Assembly (NCBI GenBank): GCA_965248445.1
Contig: CBDFJG010000001.1
Location: 512,001 to 576,000 of the forward strand
Direction of reading: 5' to 3'
From: Planctomycetota bacterium
Lineage (GTDB): Bacteria; Planctomycetota; JAJSAM01; JAJVHW01
DNA: 64,000 nucleotides
A model generated the notes under the pieces. It searched no databases, was not told the DNA's origin, and was given only the letters and a program-made list of their open reading frames with translations. This document shows, piece by piece, positions 34,698 to 45,672 of this stretch (the first letter of the stretch is position 1; each line of letters begins with the position of its first letter). Both the position numbers and the translations under genes were made by a program.

Positions 34698-35749
34698 TCG
34701 ATCCAATCCGCGACAAAGATGTTCGTGTCGCCCTCGGCGCCGCCGTGGCGGTTGCTGGCCCAGACGAGGTGCTCACCGTCCAGGGAGAACATCGGGAAGC
34801 AGTCGAACTCGGCGTGCGTCGTGATGCGCTCCATCCCCGTGCCGTCCTCATTGATGAGGAACAGGTCGAAGTTGCGCGAGCGCGGGTCCTCGAAGTTCGA
34901 GGCGAAGATGATGCGCTTGCCGTCAGGGTGCCAGTACGGAGCGAAGCTCGCGCCAGGGAGGTCCGTGACCTGACGCTGGTCGCTGCCGTCCGCGTTCATG
35001 ATCCAGATGTCCATCAGCGTCGGGCGCACGAGGTCCCTCTCGAGCAGGTCGCGGTAGACCCGCAGGTCATCGGGATCATCCGGGTGGTACGCGCGGTAGA
35101 CGATCTTCGTGCCGTCGGGCGAGAAGAAGGGTCCACCGTCGTAGCCCGGGCGGTTGGTGAGGCGTCGCATGCCGGTGCCGTCCGCGGCCATCGTGTAGAT
35201 CTCGAGGTCGCCGTCGCGATCCGACGTGAACAGCAGCAGCCCGTCGGCGCGCGACGTGACCTCCGCGTGGTATCCGGCGCCGTCGGTCAGGCGCCGCACA
35301 TTCGAGCCGTCGGCGTTCGCGCGGTAGATGTCGTACGGAAAGAGCGGCCAGGTGTACACCTTCGGATTGCGTGGCGGAGGCGTCGGGCACTCCGCCCCGT
35401 ACGCGAACGTCGAGCAGTAGACGATCTCCCGATCACCCGGGAGGAAGTAGGCGCACGTCGTCCGGCCCTGGCCCGACGACACCATTGTCTCCGCGGAGCC
35501 GTTGGCGTTCATCGTGAAGATCTGATCGCACTGCAGGTCGTTGCGGCCGCGCATCTGGAACACGAGCCGGTCGCCGGCCCAGGACCAGTACGCCTCCGCG
35601 TTCTCGCCGCCGAACGTGAGTTGGCGGACGTTCTGCAGCCGCGGCTCGGTCGGCTCGTCCGGGTGCCGCCGCTCGTTCGCGGTCCCGTTGCCGACGCAGG
35701 CCGTCAAGAGGACCGCGCATGCGGTGTACGTCAGAGTGCGCCGGATCAC
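34694..35749 (-). CDS. TolB-like PD40-repeat beta-propeller lipoprotein
   Basis: Lipobox LTAC; QLTFGGENAEAYWS, GYDGGPFFSPDG, FTSDRDGDLEIY. Confidence 0.88.
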   Translation of the reverse strand: MIRRTLTYTACAVLLTACVGNGTANERRHPDEPTEPRLQNVRQLTFGGENAEAYWSWAGDRLVFQMRGRNDLQCDQIFTMNANGSAETMVSSGQGRTTCAYFLPGDREIVYCSTFAYGAECPTPPPRNPKVYTWPLFPYDIYRANADGSNVRRLTDGAGYHAEVTSRADGLLLFTSDRDGDLEIYTMAADGTGMRRLTNRPGYDGGPFFSPDGTKIVYRAYHPDDPDDLRVYRDLLERDLVRPTLMDIWIMNADGSDQRQVTDLPGASFAPYWHPDGKRIIFASNFEDPRSRNFDLFLINEDGTGMERITTHAEFDCFPMFSLDGEHLVWASNRHGGAEGDTNIFVADWIE

Positions 35750-36639
35750 TAGCCACCTCCCGTTGTCGTGAACGCGTTCCAGACACCGTAGCCGAGCGCG
35801 ATCGCGGTGACCGCGACACACACGAGCGCCGCCCCGCGCCAGAGGTTCTCGCGCTCGGGATCGATGCGGTCCCTGAACGAGTCGCCGAGACCGAGTGCAA
35901 TCATCACGCCGACCACAAGTCCGCCGACATGGCCCGTGTTGCTGATGAAGCGGATCCACCATCCGAGGACCAGCATCAGGGCGATGTCCCGTACGAGCAT
36001 GCGACCCATCTGCCGCCCGCGCATGGTGCCGGAGCGGAGCGCGAACACCGCCAGCGCTCCGGCAACGCCGAACACGGCGCCGGATGCCCCGACCATCGGG
36101 ATCCGCGGATCGCCGCTGCCCCACGTCGCCCAGAACGAGATCGCGAGCGTGGAACCAACCCCGGACAGCGTGTAGAGCACGATCAGGCGCCAGGGTCCGA
36201 TCAACTGCTCGACCACGCGCCCGAGGTTGCGCATCGCGAACATGTTGAACCCGATGTGGATCAGTCCCGCGTGCAAGTACATCGCGGTGATCGTCCGCCA
36301 CCACTCACCGCCTTCGAAGACTGCCGGGTGGGAGTACCAGCCGGCCGGCCCCAGTGCGTGGTGAAGACCCGACATCGAGATCAGCGACTGCAGCACGCCC
36401 TGGTCGGGATGGATGCGGAACTGCACGTACAGCGTGAAGAGCAGGTAGGCGATGTTCGACCAGACGATGATGCTCGTGATGGTCGTCGGTCCGGCGATGA
36501 CCGAAACGCGACGCGGCGGCCCGCCGGCCGCGCGAAGACCGTCGGGATCGGACGTGCCGCATCCTGCGCACATCGCCGCGTCAACCGGGATGAACGACCC
36601 GCATTGTACGCACTGTTTCGTGGGGAGGCGCTCGCTCAC
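35749..36639 (-). CDS. Rhomboid intramembrane serine protease with N-terminal zinc ribbon
   Basis: CVQC...CAGC; WWR, HIGFNM, GASG, GHVGG. Confidence 0.92.
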   Translation of the reverse strand: MSERLPTKQCVQCGSFIPVDAAMCAGCGTSDPDGLRAAGGPPRRVSVIAGPTTITSIIVWSNIAYLLFTLYVQFRIHPDQGVLQSLISMSGLHHALGPAGWYSHPAVFEGGEWWRTITAMYLHAGLIHIGFNMFAMRNLGRVVEQLIGPWRLIVLYTLSGVGSTLAISFWATWGSGDPRIPMVGASGAVFGVAGALAVFALRSGTMRGRQMGRMLVRDIALMLVLGWWIRFISNTGHVGGLVVGVMIALGLGDSFRDRIDPERENLWRGAALVCVAVTAIALGYGVWNAFTTTGGG

Positions 36640-37097
36640 GCGATCTCCTCGTCCGGGACGTAGTCACACTCCACCGACACATCGAACCGCCCGTCCCGTG
36701 CGATCTCGAATCTCTCGCGGTAGCCGGTCGCGGTGCGCTCGATCGTCCAGCGCTGAGGACTGAGGTCGCTGCCGTCAGGAGGACTGAACACGAATCGATA
36801 ACGCGCGGACGGCTCGAGTTCTTGCACCTCGAAGCGCTGCGCTTCGCCCGCGTCCGACAGGACAAGGGCCTCGGCACCGTCCTGCGACGTGTGCAACACG
36901 ACGTGCTCCTCGCGTTCCCGCCCGTCCGCCAGGGAGTGGATCTGTCCGAAGAGGTGGCCGCCGGGCAGGTCCAGCCAGTCGACGAGCGCGCTGAACGGCG
37001 CCCCGCTCCACGTTCCCTCGCCGCGCCAGCCGCCCACCAGGAACGTCAGCCCCTGGAGCACGCCGGCATCGGCCGCCGACTCCTCGCTTACTCCCAC
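36636..37097 (-). CDS. Hypothetical beta-barrel-like protein (start uncertain)
   Basis: [12 protein letters not shown]; fills the gap between guaA and the rhomboid gene with overlapping ends. Confidence 0.6.
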   Translation of the reverse strand: MGVSEESAADAGVLQGLTFLVGGWRGEGTWSGAPFSALVDWLDLPGGHLFGQIHSLADGREREEHVVLHTSQDGAEALVLSDAGEAQRFEVQELEPSARYRFVFSPPDGSDLSPQRWTIERTATGYRERFEIARDGRFDVSVECDYVPDEEIA

Positions 37098-38662
37098 TCG
37101 ATCGTCGCCGGCGGCTTCGACGAGATGTCGAGCACGACGCGGTTGATGCCCCGCACTTCGTTGATGATGCGGCTGCTCGTGCGACGCAACAGCCCGTCGG
37201 GCAGCTGCGCCCAGTCGGCGGTCATCGCGTCTTCGCTCGTGACGGCGCGGATCGCGGTGACGTTCTCGTACGTGCGCTCGTCGCCCATGACACCGACCGT
37301 GCGAACGGGCAACAGGACGCAGAACGCCTGCCAGAGCGAGCGCATCAGTCCAGCCCGCTCCAGTTCCTCGATCAAGATCGTGTCGGCCCGCCGGAGAACG
37401 TCGAGCCGTCCGGCCGTCACCTCGCCGAGACAGCGGATCGCCAGTCCTGGACCCGGGAACGGGTGACGCCAGACGATGTGCTCGGGGAGCCCGAGCTCCG
37501 TTCCGATCACGCGCGCCTCGTCCTTGAACAGCTCGCGCAGCGGCTCGATGAGTTCGAAGCCCAGTTCTTCCGGCAGTCCGCCGACGTTGTGGTGCGTCTT
37601 GATGGTGGCGGTCGGTCCTCCGAACGCTGAGACCGACTCGATGACGTCGGGATACAGCGTGCCCTGCGCGAGGAAGCGCGCGTTCTCGACGTGACTCGAC
37701 TCGGCCTTGAACACGTCGATGAACTCGTGGCCGATGATCTTGCGCTTCGTCTCCGGTTCGGTGACGCCGGCGAGTGCCGATAGGAACCGCTCGGACGCGT
37801 GCGCCACGATCAGCGCCTTGCCGAAGTGCGCGGTGAACACCTCCTCGACCTCTCGTGCCTCGCCGGCCCGCAACAGTCCGTTGTCCACGAAGATGCAGGT
37901 CAGGTGGTCGCCGATGGCGCGGTAGATCAGAGCCGCAACGACTGCCGAATCGACGCCGCCCGACAACCCGCAAATGACCCGCGCGTCGCCGACCTGCGCA
38001 CGGATGGCCGCCACTTGCTCCTCGATCCACTGGGACATCACCCAGTCGCCCGACAGTCCCGCGACTTCGTAGAGGAAGTTCCGCAGCAGTTCCCGCCCGC
38101 GCGGCGTATGCACCACCTCGGGGTGGAACTGGACGCCGTAGATGGGCTTCTCGGCGTGGCGCACGGCCGCGAACGGCGCGCTGTCGGTGTGCGCGACCAC
38201 CTCGAAGCCCGCCGGCAGGGCCTCTACCCGGTCGCCGTGGCTCATCCAGACGTCCATCGCGTCAGGCAGACCGGAGAACAGGCCGTCGTGGTGATCGACC
38301 CGCAGTGCGGCCCGACCGAACTCACGATGGTCCGACGGCGCCACGCGGCCGCCGAGCGTCTCGCAGAGGAGCTGCATTCCGTAGCAGAGGCCGAGCAGCG
38401 GCACGTTCATCTCGAACACGCCGGGATCGCAGCGTGGAGATCCACCGGCCCAGACGGACGCCGGTCCTCCGGAGAGGATGATCGCCCGGGGCGCGAGTGC
38501 CTGGATCGAGGCAAGCGGCGCGTTGCACGGCAGGATGCGGCAGTAGACAGAGTTCTCGCGCACGCGGCGGGCGATCAGTTGCGCGTACTGGCTCCCGAAG
38601 TCGAGCACGGCGACGGTCTCGTGCCCCATCCCGGGCGCGTTCGAATGCACGTCGTCGGCCAC
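37088..38662 (-). CDS. guaA: GMP synthase (glutamine-hydrolysing)
   Basis: [45 protein letters not shown]. Confidence 0.98.
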   Translation of the reverse strand: MADDVHSNAPGMGHETVAVLDFGSQYAQLIARRVRENSVYCRILPCNAPLASIQALAPRAIILSGGPASVWAGGSPRCDPGVFEMNVPLLGLCYGMQLLCETLGGRVAPSDHREFGRAALRVDHHDGLFSGLPDAMDVWMSHGDRVEALPAGFEVVAHTDSAPFAAVRHAEKPIYGVQFHPEVVHTPRGRELLRNFLYEVAGLSGDWVMSQWIEEQVAAIRAQVGDARVICGLSGGVDSAVVAALIYRAIGDHLTCIFVDNGLLRAGEAREVEEVFTAHFGKALIVAHASERFLSALAGVTEPETKRKIIGHEFIDVFKAESSHVENARFLAQGTLYPDVIESVSAFGGPTATIKTHHNVGGLPEELGFELIEPLRELFKDEARVIGTELGLPEHIVWRHPFPGPGLAIRCLGEVTAGRLDVLRRADTILIEELERAGLMRSLWQAFCVLLPVRTVGVMGDERTYENVTAIRAVTSEDAMTADWAQLPDGLLRRTSSRIINEVRGINRVVLDISSKPPATIEWE

Positions 38663-40134
38663 TACTGGTCCTCTCGCTGTTCGCCGGCGCGGTAGTTGGG
38701 CGCCTCGCGCGTGATCATGATGTCGTGCGGGTGGTTCTCGCGGAGCGACGCGCCACTGATGCGCGTGAACTGCGCCTTCTCGTGCAGTTCCGCGATGTTG
38801 CGCGCACCCACGTAGCCCATCCCTGCGCGCACGCCGCCGACCAGCTGGTAGACGAAGTCCGAGAGCCGGCCGCGGTACGGCACGCGTCCTTCTACTCCCT
38901 CGGGTACGAGCTTCTCGCGCTTCTCGACGTCGCCCTGCGCGTAGCGGTCCTTCGAGCCCTTGACCATTGCGCCGAGCGAACCCATGCCGCGGTACTGCTT
39001 GAACGTGCGACCGCGGTAGAGAATCGTCTCTCCGGGGCTCTCCTCGAGGCCCGCGAAGAGCGAACCGACCATCACACTCGATGCACCCGTCGCGAGCGCC
39101 TTCGTGATGTCGCCGGAGTAGCGTATGCCGCCGTCGGCGATGACCGGGACGCCCGCCGCCTCGCAGACCTTGACGGCATCGTCAATGGCCGAGAGTTGCG
39201 GCACGCCGACTCCGCTGATGACGCGTGTGGTGCAGATGGAGCCAGGTCCGATGCCGACCTTGACGCCGTCCGCGCCTGCGTCGATCAGCGCCTTCGCTCC
39301 ATCGGTCGTCGCGACGTTGCCGGCGACGACGTCGACGTCGAATCGCGACTTCACGCGCTTCACGGCGTCGATGACGTTCTTCGAGTGCCCGTGTGCGGTG
39401 TCGATGACGATGACGTCCACCGCGGCCGCGAGCAGTTTCTCGATGCGTTCGTCGTCATTTACACCGCAGGCCGCCGCGACACAGAGGCGGCCCTCCGTGT
39501 CGAGGTTCGCGGCCGGGAACATCTCCAGCTTGTCGATGTCCTTGATCGTGATGAGACCCGCGAGCCGGCCGTCGTCCTGCACGAGCAGGAGCTTCTCGAC
39601 CTTCATCTCGTGGAGGACCGCCTTCGCCTGTTGAAGCGTGGTGCCAGGGGCGCGCGTGACCAGTTGCTTGGTCATGATGGAGTCGACGATTGCCGCATCG
39701 TCTTCGTGGAAGCGCAGGTCGCGCGCGGTCAGGATGCCGACCACGACGCCGTTCGCATCCGTGATCGGCAGACCGGAGATGCGGTTGCTCGTCATGTGCC
39801 GCCGCGCCTCGCCGACGCTCGCGGTCGGGCGGACCGTGACCGGATCGAGAATGACGCCGGACACGGTTCGCTTGACCTGCACGACCTCGTGGACCTGTTC
39901 GTCCGCCGTCATGTTCTTGTGAATGACGCCGATGCCGCCCTCGTAGCCCAGCGCGATCGCGAGCGCGGCTTCGGTGACGGTGTCCATCGCGGCGGACGCG
40001 ATCGGGATGTTCAACGCAACGCTGCGTGAGAACCGGCTCCGCGCGTCGATCTCGGAGGGGACGACCTCCGAGTAGCCGGGCAGGAGCAGCACGTCGTCGA
40101 ACGTGATGCCGTCGCCTCGAATCCGCTCCAACAT
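38662..40134 (-). CDS. guaB: IMP dehydrogenase
   Basis: TFDDVLL, CBS pair, [24 protein letters not shown]. Confidence 0.98.
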   Translation of the reverse strand: MLERIRGDGITFDDVLLLPGYSEVVPSEIDARSRFSRSVALNIPIASAAMDTVTEAALAIALGYEGGIGVIHKNMTADEQVHEVVQVKRTVSGVILDPVTVRPTASVGEARRHMTSNRISGLPITDANGVVVGILTARDLRFHEDDAAIVDSIMTKQLVTRAPGTTLQQAKAVLHEMKVEKLLLVQDDGRLAGLITIKDIDKLEMFPAANLDTEGRLCVAAACGVNDDERIEKLLAAAVDVIVIDTAHGHSKNVIDAVKRVKSRFDVDVVAGNVATTDGAKALIDAGADGVKVGIGPGSICTTRVISGVGVPQLSAIDDAVKVCEAAGVPVIADGGIRYSGDITKALATGASSVMVGSLFAGLEESPGETILYRGRTFKQYRGMGSLGAMVKGSKDRYAQGDVEKREKLVPEGVEGRVPYRGRLSDFVYQLVGGVRAGMGYVGARNIAELHEKAQFTRISGASLRENHPHDIMITREAPNYRAGEQREDQ

Positions 40135-40178
40135 GCTTCACCTCTTCGGGACCGAGATCCCCTCGGGATTCTCACGTG

Positions 40179-40238
40179 CCAACGGCATCAGCCGTTGGAC
40201 CAACAACTCAGCGACGTCTCAACGGCGTCAGCCGTTGA
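40179..40238 (-). repeat. Tandem pair of 20-nt hairpins in the guaB 5' region
   Basis: Minus strand TCAACGGC-TGAC-GCCGTTGA (40219-40238) and CCAACGGC-TGAT-GCCGTTGG (40179-40198), 40-nt period. Confidence 0.85.
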
Positions 40239-40375
40239 ACCAAAGCGCAGCGAAACACGGCCGGCGTGCCGACCCGTCGCGCGCGTCTCTGAGCGGCACC
40301 TGATTCGGGGAGAATCAGGCCCAATCCCGTGAGGCCCCCGCGTCGCGCCGGGGCACGCAGGCTGGATGAAGCGCG

Positions 40376-42313
40376 TCAGGGTACCCGTGCGCTCGGACGG
40401 GTGGCCTGCAAACCCGTGGGCGCCAGTCGCAGACCCGGGGTTTCAGGCTCGATACTCACCCGCCAGCCGCGTCCTCGCCCCACGAGGAGTGCCCCGAGGA
40501 GCGCGAACAGGGCGCCCAGAGCCGCAAACGAACGGTCGTGACGGCGCAATGTCGAGACGGCCTCCCGCCGGTCGGGAAGTGCGGCCAGCGCGGCATCCGG
40601 GGTCATGCCGCCCTCCCCGGTGCGAAGCGAGAAGCCCTCCGGAGGGGTCCACTGAACGGCCGTGGTCGCGAGCGCCTCCGGATCGCCCGGGACGTGCACG
40701 GTCAGGAGTCCCCCACCCGCGTGGCGCGGCGTTAGGGGAAGTTGTGCGTCCGGTGCGGCGTCCACCGTGCGCGCGCCATCCGGTCCGCGCAGTTCCACCG
40801 ACGTGACGCCGTCCGGCACCACATTATGCAGCGGGACGGGATCGCCGGCAGCGACGGCCGCGGGCAGCGCACGGTGGTCTCGCAGCCACGTCATGGCGTT
40901 GCGCAGGAAGACCGGGAACGCGCCCTCGAGGGCGAACGTGCCGTCGGCGGGCAGGAGTCCGAGCCGGACGTGCCGCACGCCACCCGAACGCCCTGCTGCG
41001 GCAACGGGGCCGGCTTCGCAGCTGAGGAGCGCGCGCTCGCCGTCGCGCAGCGTCAGCAATCGCGCGGACGGCGCCCGCACGGGGCCGGGGACGACGCCGG
41101 CGACGATCGGGTGCTCCCCCACGGCCGATAGGCGCGGGTCGGCGGCCTCGGCGCCCGCGGCGCCGAACGTCAGCGTTGCGATGCCCGGCGGGACCGGACG
41201 CGGCGCCGGATCGTCGGGACCACTCTCGGTGATCACGACGTCCGCCGAACGCAGCACGTCCTCCGCTGCCTCCAGCCCGGTCACGAGGGCGCGCTTGCGA
41301 TCGATCAGGTCGCTCGGGAGCGATGCCAGCGCGGCGGTGAGGTAGACGGTCGGCGACGCGGCCGGAGCACGAACGACCACAACCAGCGGACGGGGCCGCG
41401 TGATGTACACCGACTGGGTGTCGTCAGCCGTGAAGCCGTCGGGTGGATCGAGTCGCAGTTCGACCTGACCGACCACATCGGGCGGGAGGTCGAGTTCCAA
41501 CGTCGGCCAAGGCGACATCGTCGGAAGCTGGGAGCGCGCAACCTCCTCTCCGCCGGCGGACGCCACGACGAAGCGCGCCGCGAACCGCACGCCGGCGATC
41601 ACGTCCGCGTGGAGAGTGGACCCCTCGACGCGGACCGCGTCCAACGCAGAGTTCTGTGGGCGGATAGTGGGCACCGGCCCGACGCGGACACTCAGCAGAG
41701 GGGTCGGGTGGGTCCCTGCGTCTGGTGGCGCGTCGGAGATCACGAGAGTCACCCCGTCCATGCCCCGCAGCGTCCGCGCTTGCTCCGCGGCGGAGACCGT
41801 GACGTCGAGGGTCCTCGGTCCGAGACCCGTCGTCACGCCATCCAGTGCCGCGCGCACCTCGTCGAGAGAGCGTGTCGGCCCCACCAGCACGCGCGGTCGT
41901 TCGCCGGCAGTCCAGACCGTCACGTCATCGCGCGGGCCGAGCATCGCAAGCGCGTCGCGCGCCCCGTCCCTCGCGAGGTCGAGCCGCGAACGCTCGCCGT
42001 CGTCGCGCATCGACATCGACAGCGACGTGTCCAGCACGATCACGAGCGAACGAGCCGGCGGCGCGTCCTTCCCCGTGGCCGGTTCCGCTGCTGCAACCGC
42101 CAGCGCCACGAGCGCGAGGCACGAAGCCGCCATCGGGAGCACGTCCCGCAGCCGCCGCAGTCCCGAGCGGCCGGCGCCGCTCTTTGCAACCTCGCGCCAC
42201 ACGGTCAACGCCGCGACCTGCACCAGGCGGCGCCGTCGCCAGCGCAGGTGAAGCACGACGATCGGGATCACGAGTGCCGCGAACCACAGGTACTCCGGCC
42301 GCAGCAGTCTCAT
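40376..42313 (-). CDS. BatA N-terminal / VWA domain membrane protein
   Basis: MRLLRPEYLW...IPIVVLHL BatA-like start; VLDTSLSM MIDAS motif; C-terminal TM segment. Confidence 0.85.
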   Translation of the reverse strand: MRLLRPEYLWFAALVIPIVVLHLRWRRRRLVQVAALTVWREVAKSGAGRSGLRRLRDVLPMAASCLALVALAVAAAEPATGKDAPPARSLVIVLDTSLSMSMRDDGERSRLDLARDGARDALAMLGPRDDVTVWTAGERPRVLVGPTRSLDEVRAALDGVTTGLGPRTLDVTVSAAEQARTLRGMDGVTLVISDAPPDAGTHPTPLLSVRVGPVPTIRPQNSALDAVRVEGSTLHADVIAGVRFAARFVVASAGGEEVARSQLPTMSPWPTLELDLPPDVVGQVELRLDPPDGFTADDTQSVYITRPRPLVVVVRAPAASPTVYLTAALASLPSDLIDRKRALVTGLEAAEDVLRSADVVITESGPDDPAPRPVPPGIATLTFGAAGAEAADPRLSAVGEHPIVAGVVPGPVRAPSARLLTLRDGERALLSCEAGPVAAAGRSGGVRHVRLGLLPADGTFALEGAFPVFLRNAMTWLRDHRALPAAVAAGDPVPLHNVVPDGVTSVELRGPDGARTVDAAPDAQLPLTPRHAGGGLLTVHVPGDPEALATTAVQWTPPEGFSLRTGEGGMTPDAALAALPDRREAVSTLRRHDRSFAALGALFALLGALLVGRGRGWRVSIEPETPGLRLAPTGLQATRPSARVP

Positions 42314-42326
42314 GGTGACACCCGCG

Positions 42327-43211
42327 TCACTTGAGGACTCCCGCGCGGAGCATCCGGCGCAGCAGTTGCAACTCGTCCTCGTCCGCCGAGACCTGCAAGT
42401 GATGGCCGCCCCGCCCCGCGACGTACGCCGCAACCCGCCGCACGTGATGATCGAACGCCTTCGAGTACGCGGCGAGCACCTCGTCATCGATCAGGATTCG
42501 GAGTTCCTCGCCCGTCTCGGCATCCGCGAGCCGCAGCGCGCCGCCGAGGCGCGGGCTTCGTTCGTCGGGGTGGATGACCTGCGCCGCGAGCAGTTCCACG
42601 CGCCGGTGCACGATGACGTCGACCGCGCGGCGCCAGCCCTCGGCGCCCTCGGCATCGTCCAGGAAGTCGCTCGCGATGATCGCGATGCCCCTCCGGTTGT
42701 CGCGCGGCAGAGTTGCGGGGACGGTCCGGCCGGCGCGGGCGCGGCCGCCGGTCCCGATGGACGCGAGATCGGCGAGCAACGCCGACACGGCCCGCCGGCC
42801 GCGATAGGACTTCGGCGGTGCGGGCGCGTCGCGCAGCACCACCAGCCGCGCGCACCCGCCGCGGGCCAGCGCCACGGCGCCGAGCGCCGCCGCCACACGC
42901 GCTGCGGCGCGCAGCTTCTCGCTGTCGTCACCGGTCATGCTCGCGCTGGCGTCCACGAAGAGGTGCGCGTCCACACTCTCCTCGCGCTCGTGCACCTTTA
43001 CGACGACGTCCCGCAAGCGCGCGTACGCGTTCCAGTCGACGTACCGCAGGTCGTCGCCGGGGGTGTAGGTGCGGTGCTCGAGGAATAGCGTCCCGGCGCC
43101 GGCGGCGCTGGAGCTGCGATCTCCCGGCCGCGCCCCGCCGGCCGCCCGTGTGAATCCGATGTCGAGACGCGAAAGGCGCTCGAGTGCCCGCGGCGAGAGA
43201 ACGTCACTCAC
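42327..43211 (-). CDS. DUF58 family protein
   Basis: EHRTYTPGDDLRYVDWNAYAR, VDASASM, SDFL. Confidence 0.92.
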   Translation of the reverse strand: MSDVLSPRALERLSRLDIGFTRAAGGARPGDRSSSAAGAGTLFLEHRTYTPGDDLRYVDWNAYARLRDVVVKVHEREESVDAHLFVDASASMTGDDSEKLRAAARVAAALGAVALARGGCARLVVLRDAPAPPKSYRGRRAVSALLADLASIGTGGRARAGRTVPATLPRDNRRGIAIIASDFLDDAEGAEGWRRAVDVIVHRRVELLAAQVIHPDERSPRLGGALRLADAETGEELRILIDDEVLAAYSKAFDHHVRRVAAYVAGRGGHHLQVSADEDELQLLRRMLRAGVLK

Positions 43212-44661
43212 TGTCCCTTGTCCTCGCGCGCAACGCGTCCAGGTAGCGCAGCACGAGCGCGCGATCGCTTGGAGACAGTGCAGTGCGGTCCACCGCCGCC
43301 TCGGCGCGCCGCACCGCTTCGGCCAGTGTGACGAGCGGCGGGGCGTCCTCGCGGGTCGGCACGCCGCCCGGTTCGAGGACGAGCCGCGGTCCGGTCTTCT
43401 TGATCGTCTCGTCGCCGGTGAACAGCGGGATCACGACCTCGCGGCGCGTGTTCTCGGGTTCCGGAGTCTCCGGACCGGGCGGCGGCTCGCCGGACTGCCC
43501 GCCGTCCTCGGGCTGCTGTGGATCAGGCGGCGGTGCCGGTGGTGTTGGTGGTGGCTGTGGTTGATCTTCGGCTCCGCCTCCGCCGCCTCCGCCCGCCGCG
43601 TCGCCTTCGATCACGAACGGAACAGGTTCGGAGCGCACCGTCCGCCCGTCGGGGTGCGTCAGCACCCCAATCGCGACGTGTGCGCCGGGCGTGAGCACGG
43701 CATCCGAACCGGGCAGATCGGTGAGGTCGACGACGCGCCCGGCGCCGTCGGGGCGGCCGGGTCCGAGTGCGAGTCGACCGCCCGCGGGAAGTCGCACGCC
43801 ATCCACAGCGATCTCGAGCGCGAATGCGGCGTCGGTCGCGAGCCCCGCGCCGGGACGTGCGCGAACCGACGCGAGCATGTGGTCCCCCGGCTGGAACGGA
43901 CTGCCCAGCACGCGCAGCCCGACCGCTGCTGGCGGCAGCGCACCCGGATTGTCGGGCGGCGGCGGGACGGGAGGGTCCGCGGCATCCGGTGCGGACGGCT
44001 CCGTAGGCTGCGTGCCCGTCGGTGCTGCACCGTCGTCGTCGTCGTGGGGGTCGAGCGCGCGCGCGCCACCGTCGTTTCTGTGCTCGCTCGGCGACTCCGT
44101 GCTGGCGTCACCACCGGCGCTGCCGGGGAGCAGCGGCAGCAGCGCAGCCAGTCCGGCGATCAGCAACAGCACGACGATCGCGCCTGCACCCGCGCGAAGC
44201 ACGCGCAGCGCCGCCGGATGCGGGCGCGCGGGGAACGTGCGCTCCACCAGCCGTGGTCGCGTGTCGGCCGCCCGCGCGGCGTCCGCGTAGACGTGCTCGG
44301 CGAGTCCGGCCGTGGTCCGCCGGTCGAGCAGCGCCAGGGCCGTCGTCATCCGGTCGTCGAGTCCTCCCGCGCGGTCGAGCCGCCGCGCCAGCCGGCTGCG
44401 GCGCGAGCCGCCGACCCACGCGAGACCGAGCGCCGCCGCGGGAGTCAGGATCAACAGCGGCATCAGCTGCGCCGCCAGCGCGGCGACGTCGATCTCCATC
44501 CCGACGCGAGGTCCGATGAACGGCCACGCGGCGACGACGGCCCCGAAGACGGCCAGAGCCAATCCCGAGACCGTTGCCGCCGTCAGCATGCGGCGGGACC
44601 GCTCGCGCCTAGCGGCGGTGCGCAGCACGGACTCGATGCGATGGCGGGGCGACGGCGTCAT
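43204..44661 (-). CDS. Hypothetical membrane protein with Pro-rich linkers
   Basis: Three TM segments, LDDRMTTAL, C-terminal ...VLRYL helix; coupled to the DUF58 gene. Confidence 0.7.
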   Translation of the reverse strand: MTPSPRHRIESVLRTAARRERSRRMLTAATVSGLALAVFGAVVAAWPFIGPRVGMEIDVAALAAQLMPLLILTPAAALGLAWVGGSRRSRLARRLDRAGGLDDRMTTALALLDRRTTAGLAEHVYADAARAADTRPRLVERTFPARPHPAALRVLRAGAGAIVVLLLIAGLAALLPLLPGSAGGDASTESPSEHRNDGGARALDPHDDDDGAAPTGTQPTEPSAPDAADPPVPPPPDNPGALPPAAVGLRVLGSPFQPGDHMLASVRARPGAGLATDAAFALEIAVDGVRLPAGGRLALGPGRPDGAGRVVDLTDLPGSDAVLTPGAHVAIGVLTHPDGRTVRSEPVPFVIEGDAAGGGGGGGAEDQPQPPPTPPAPPPDPQQPEDGGQSGEPPPGPETPEPENTRREVVIPLFTGDETIKKTGPRLVLEPGGVPTREDAPPLVTLAEAVRRAEAAVDRTALSPSDRALVLRYLDALRARTRDSE

Positions 44662-44709
44662 CTCGGGAGGAGCGTACAGGCCCGAGGGCTACCCCGTTAC
44701 TGTCCGGGC

Positions 44710-45570
44710 GTGAGCAGGCGCATCCGCGCATACGAGGCCGGCGGGAACCGCTGGGAAGACGACTTCGAAGCGTCCGACGACGAGCCGGCCGCCGAGCGGA
44801 GCGTGCGCCCTGGCCGCGTGGAGATTCTGTTCGACCACCCGCGCTGCACGGTGGTGTCGAAGCCGTCCGGCGTGCTGACGATCCCCGCCCGTCACGGAGA
44901 GGCGAAGACGATCGTCGATCTCGTGGAGGCCATCTGGCGAAAGAGCGATCCGGACGCGCCGCGCCCGGTCATCTGTCACCGCCTGGACCGCGGCACGTCC
45001 GGATGCCTGCTCCTCGCCAAGGACCGCGAGGCGGCCAAGGAACTGATGCGTCAGTTCAGTGCACGCGAGGTCGAGAAGACGTATCTCGCGTTGGTGATCG
45101 GCGCACCGCAGCCGCCTGCGGGAACCGTCGAATTCCGCGCGGCACCGGACAAGTACAAGCCCGGCGCGATGTGGACGCCCAAGAAGGGCGGCAGCAAGTG
45201 CTGCGATCACTACGAGACGCTCGAAGCGTTCCGTGGCGTCTCGCTGGTCCGTGTCTCGCCCGAGACTGGGCGTACGCACGAGGTTCGGCTGGCCATGCTG
45301 ACGCTGGGCTCGCCCTGCGCGGTTGACCCGCTCTACGGGTCGGCCGATGGACTGCTGCTGTCCACGTGGAAGACCGGCTACCGCACGGGACGCGGCCGCG
45401 TGGGGCGGCCGCTGATCGACCGCCTGACCCTGCACGCCGAGAGCATCGTGTTCCGGCCTCCGGGCGACCCGCCGGAGGGCCCCGCGGTCTCGGTGACCGC
45501 GCCGCTCCCCAGGGACTTCGCAGCGACCCTCCGGCAGCTTCGCCGCCACGCTGCGCCGGGCTCCCTCTGA
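44710..45570 (+). CDS. RluA-family pseudouridine synthase
   Basis: KPSGVL, HRLDRGTSG, KTYLA, TGRTHEVR, LHA. Confidence 0.93.
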   Translation: MSRRIRAYEAGGNRWEDDFEASDDEPAAERSVRPGRVEILFDHPRCTVVSKPSGVLTIPARHGEAKTIVDLVEAIWRKSDPDAPRPVICHRLDRGTSGCLLLAKDREAAKELMRQFSAREVEKTYLALVIGAPQPPAGTVEFRAAPDKYKPGAMWTPKKGGSKCCDHYETLEAFRGVSLVRVSPETGRTHEVRLAMLTLGSPCAVDPLYGSADGLLLSTWKTGYRTGRGRVGRPLIDRLTLHAESIVFRPPGDPPEGPAVSVTAPLPRDFAATLRQLRRHAAPGSL

Positions 45571-45672
45571 CCGCCCGCGCAGAACGGGTCTCAAGGCCGG
45601 CGAGCCGAGTACCGACCGCAGGGGTGAGAGAGCAGGTCCGGATTCGACGCGGACGTCGAATGGAGGCTCGAA

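Noticed and set aside
43069..44709. Long N-terminal extension on the RluA ORF (833 aa in the ORF track)
   Set aside because: Antisense shadow of the 43204-44661 gene; the real start is near 44710
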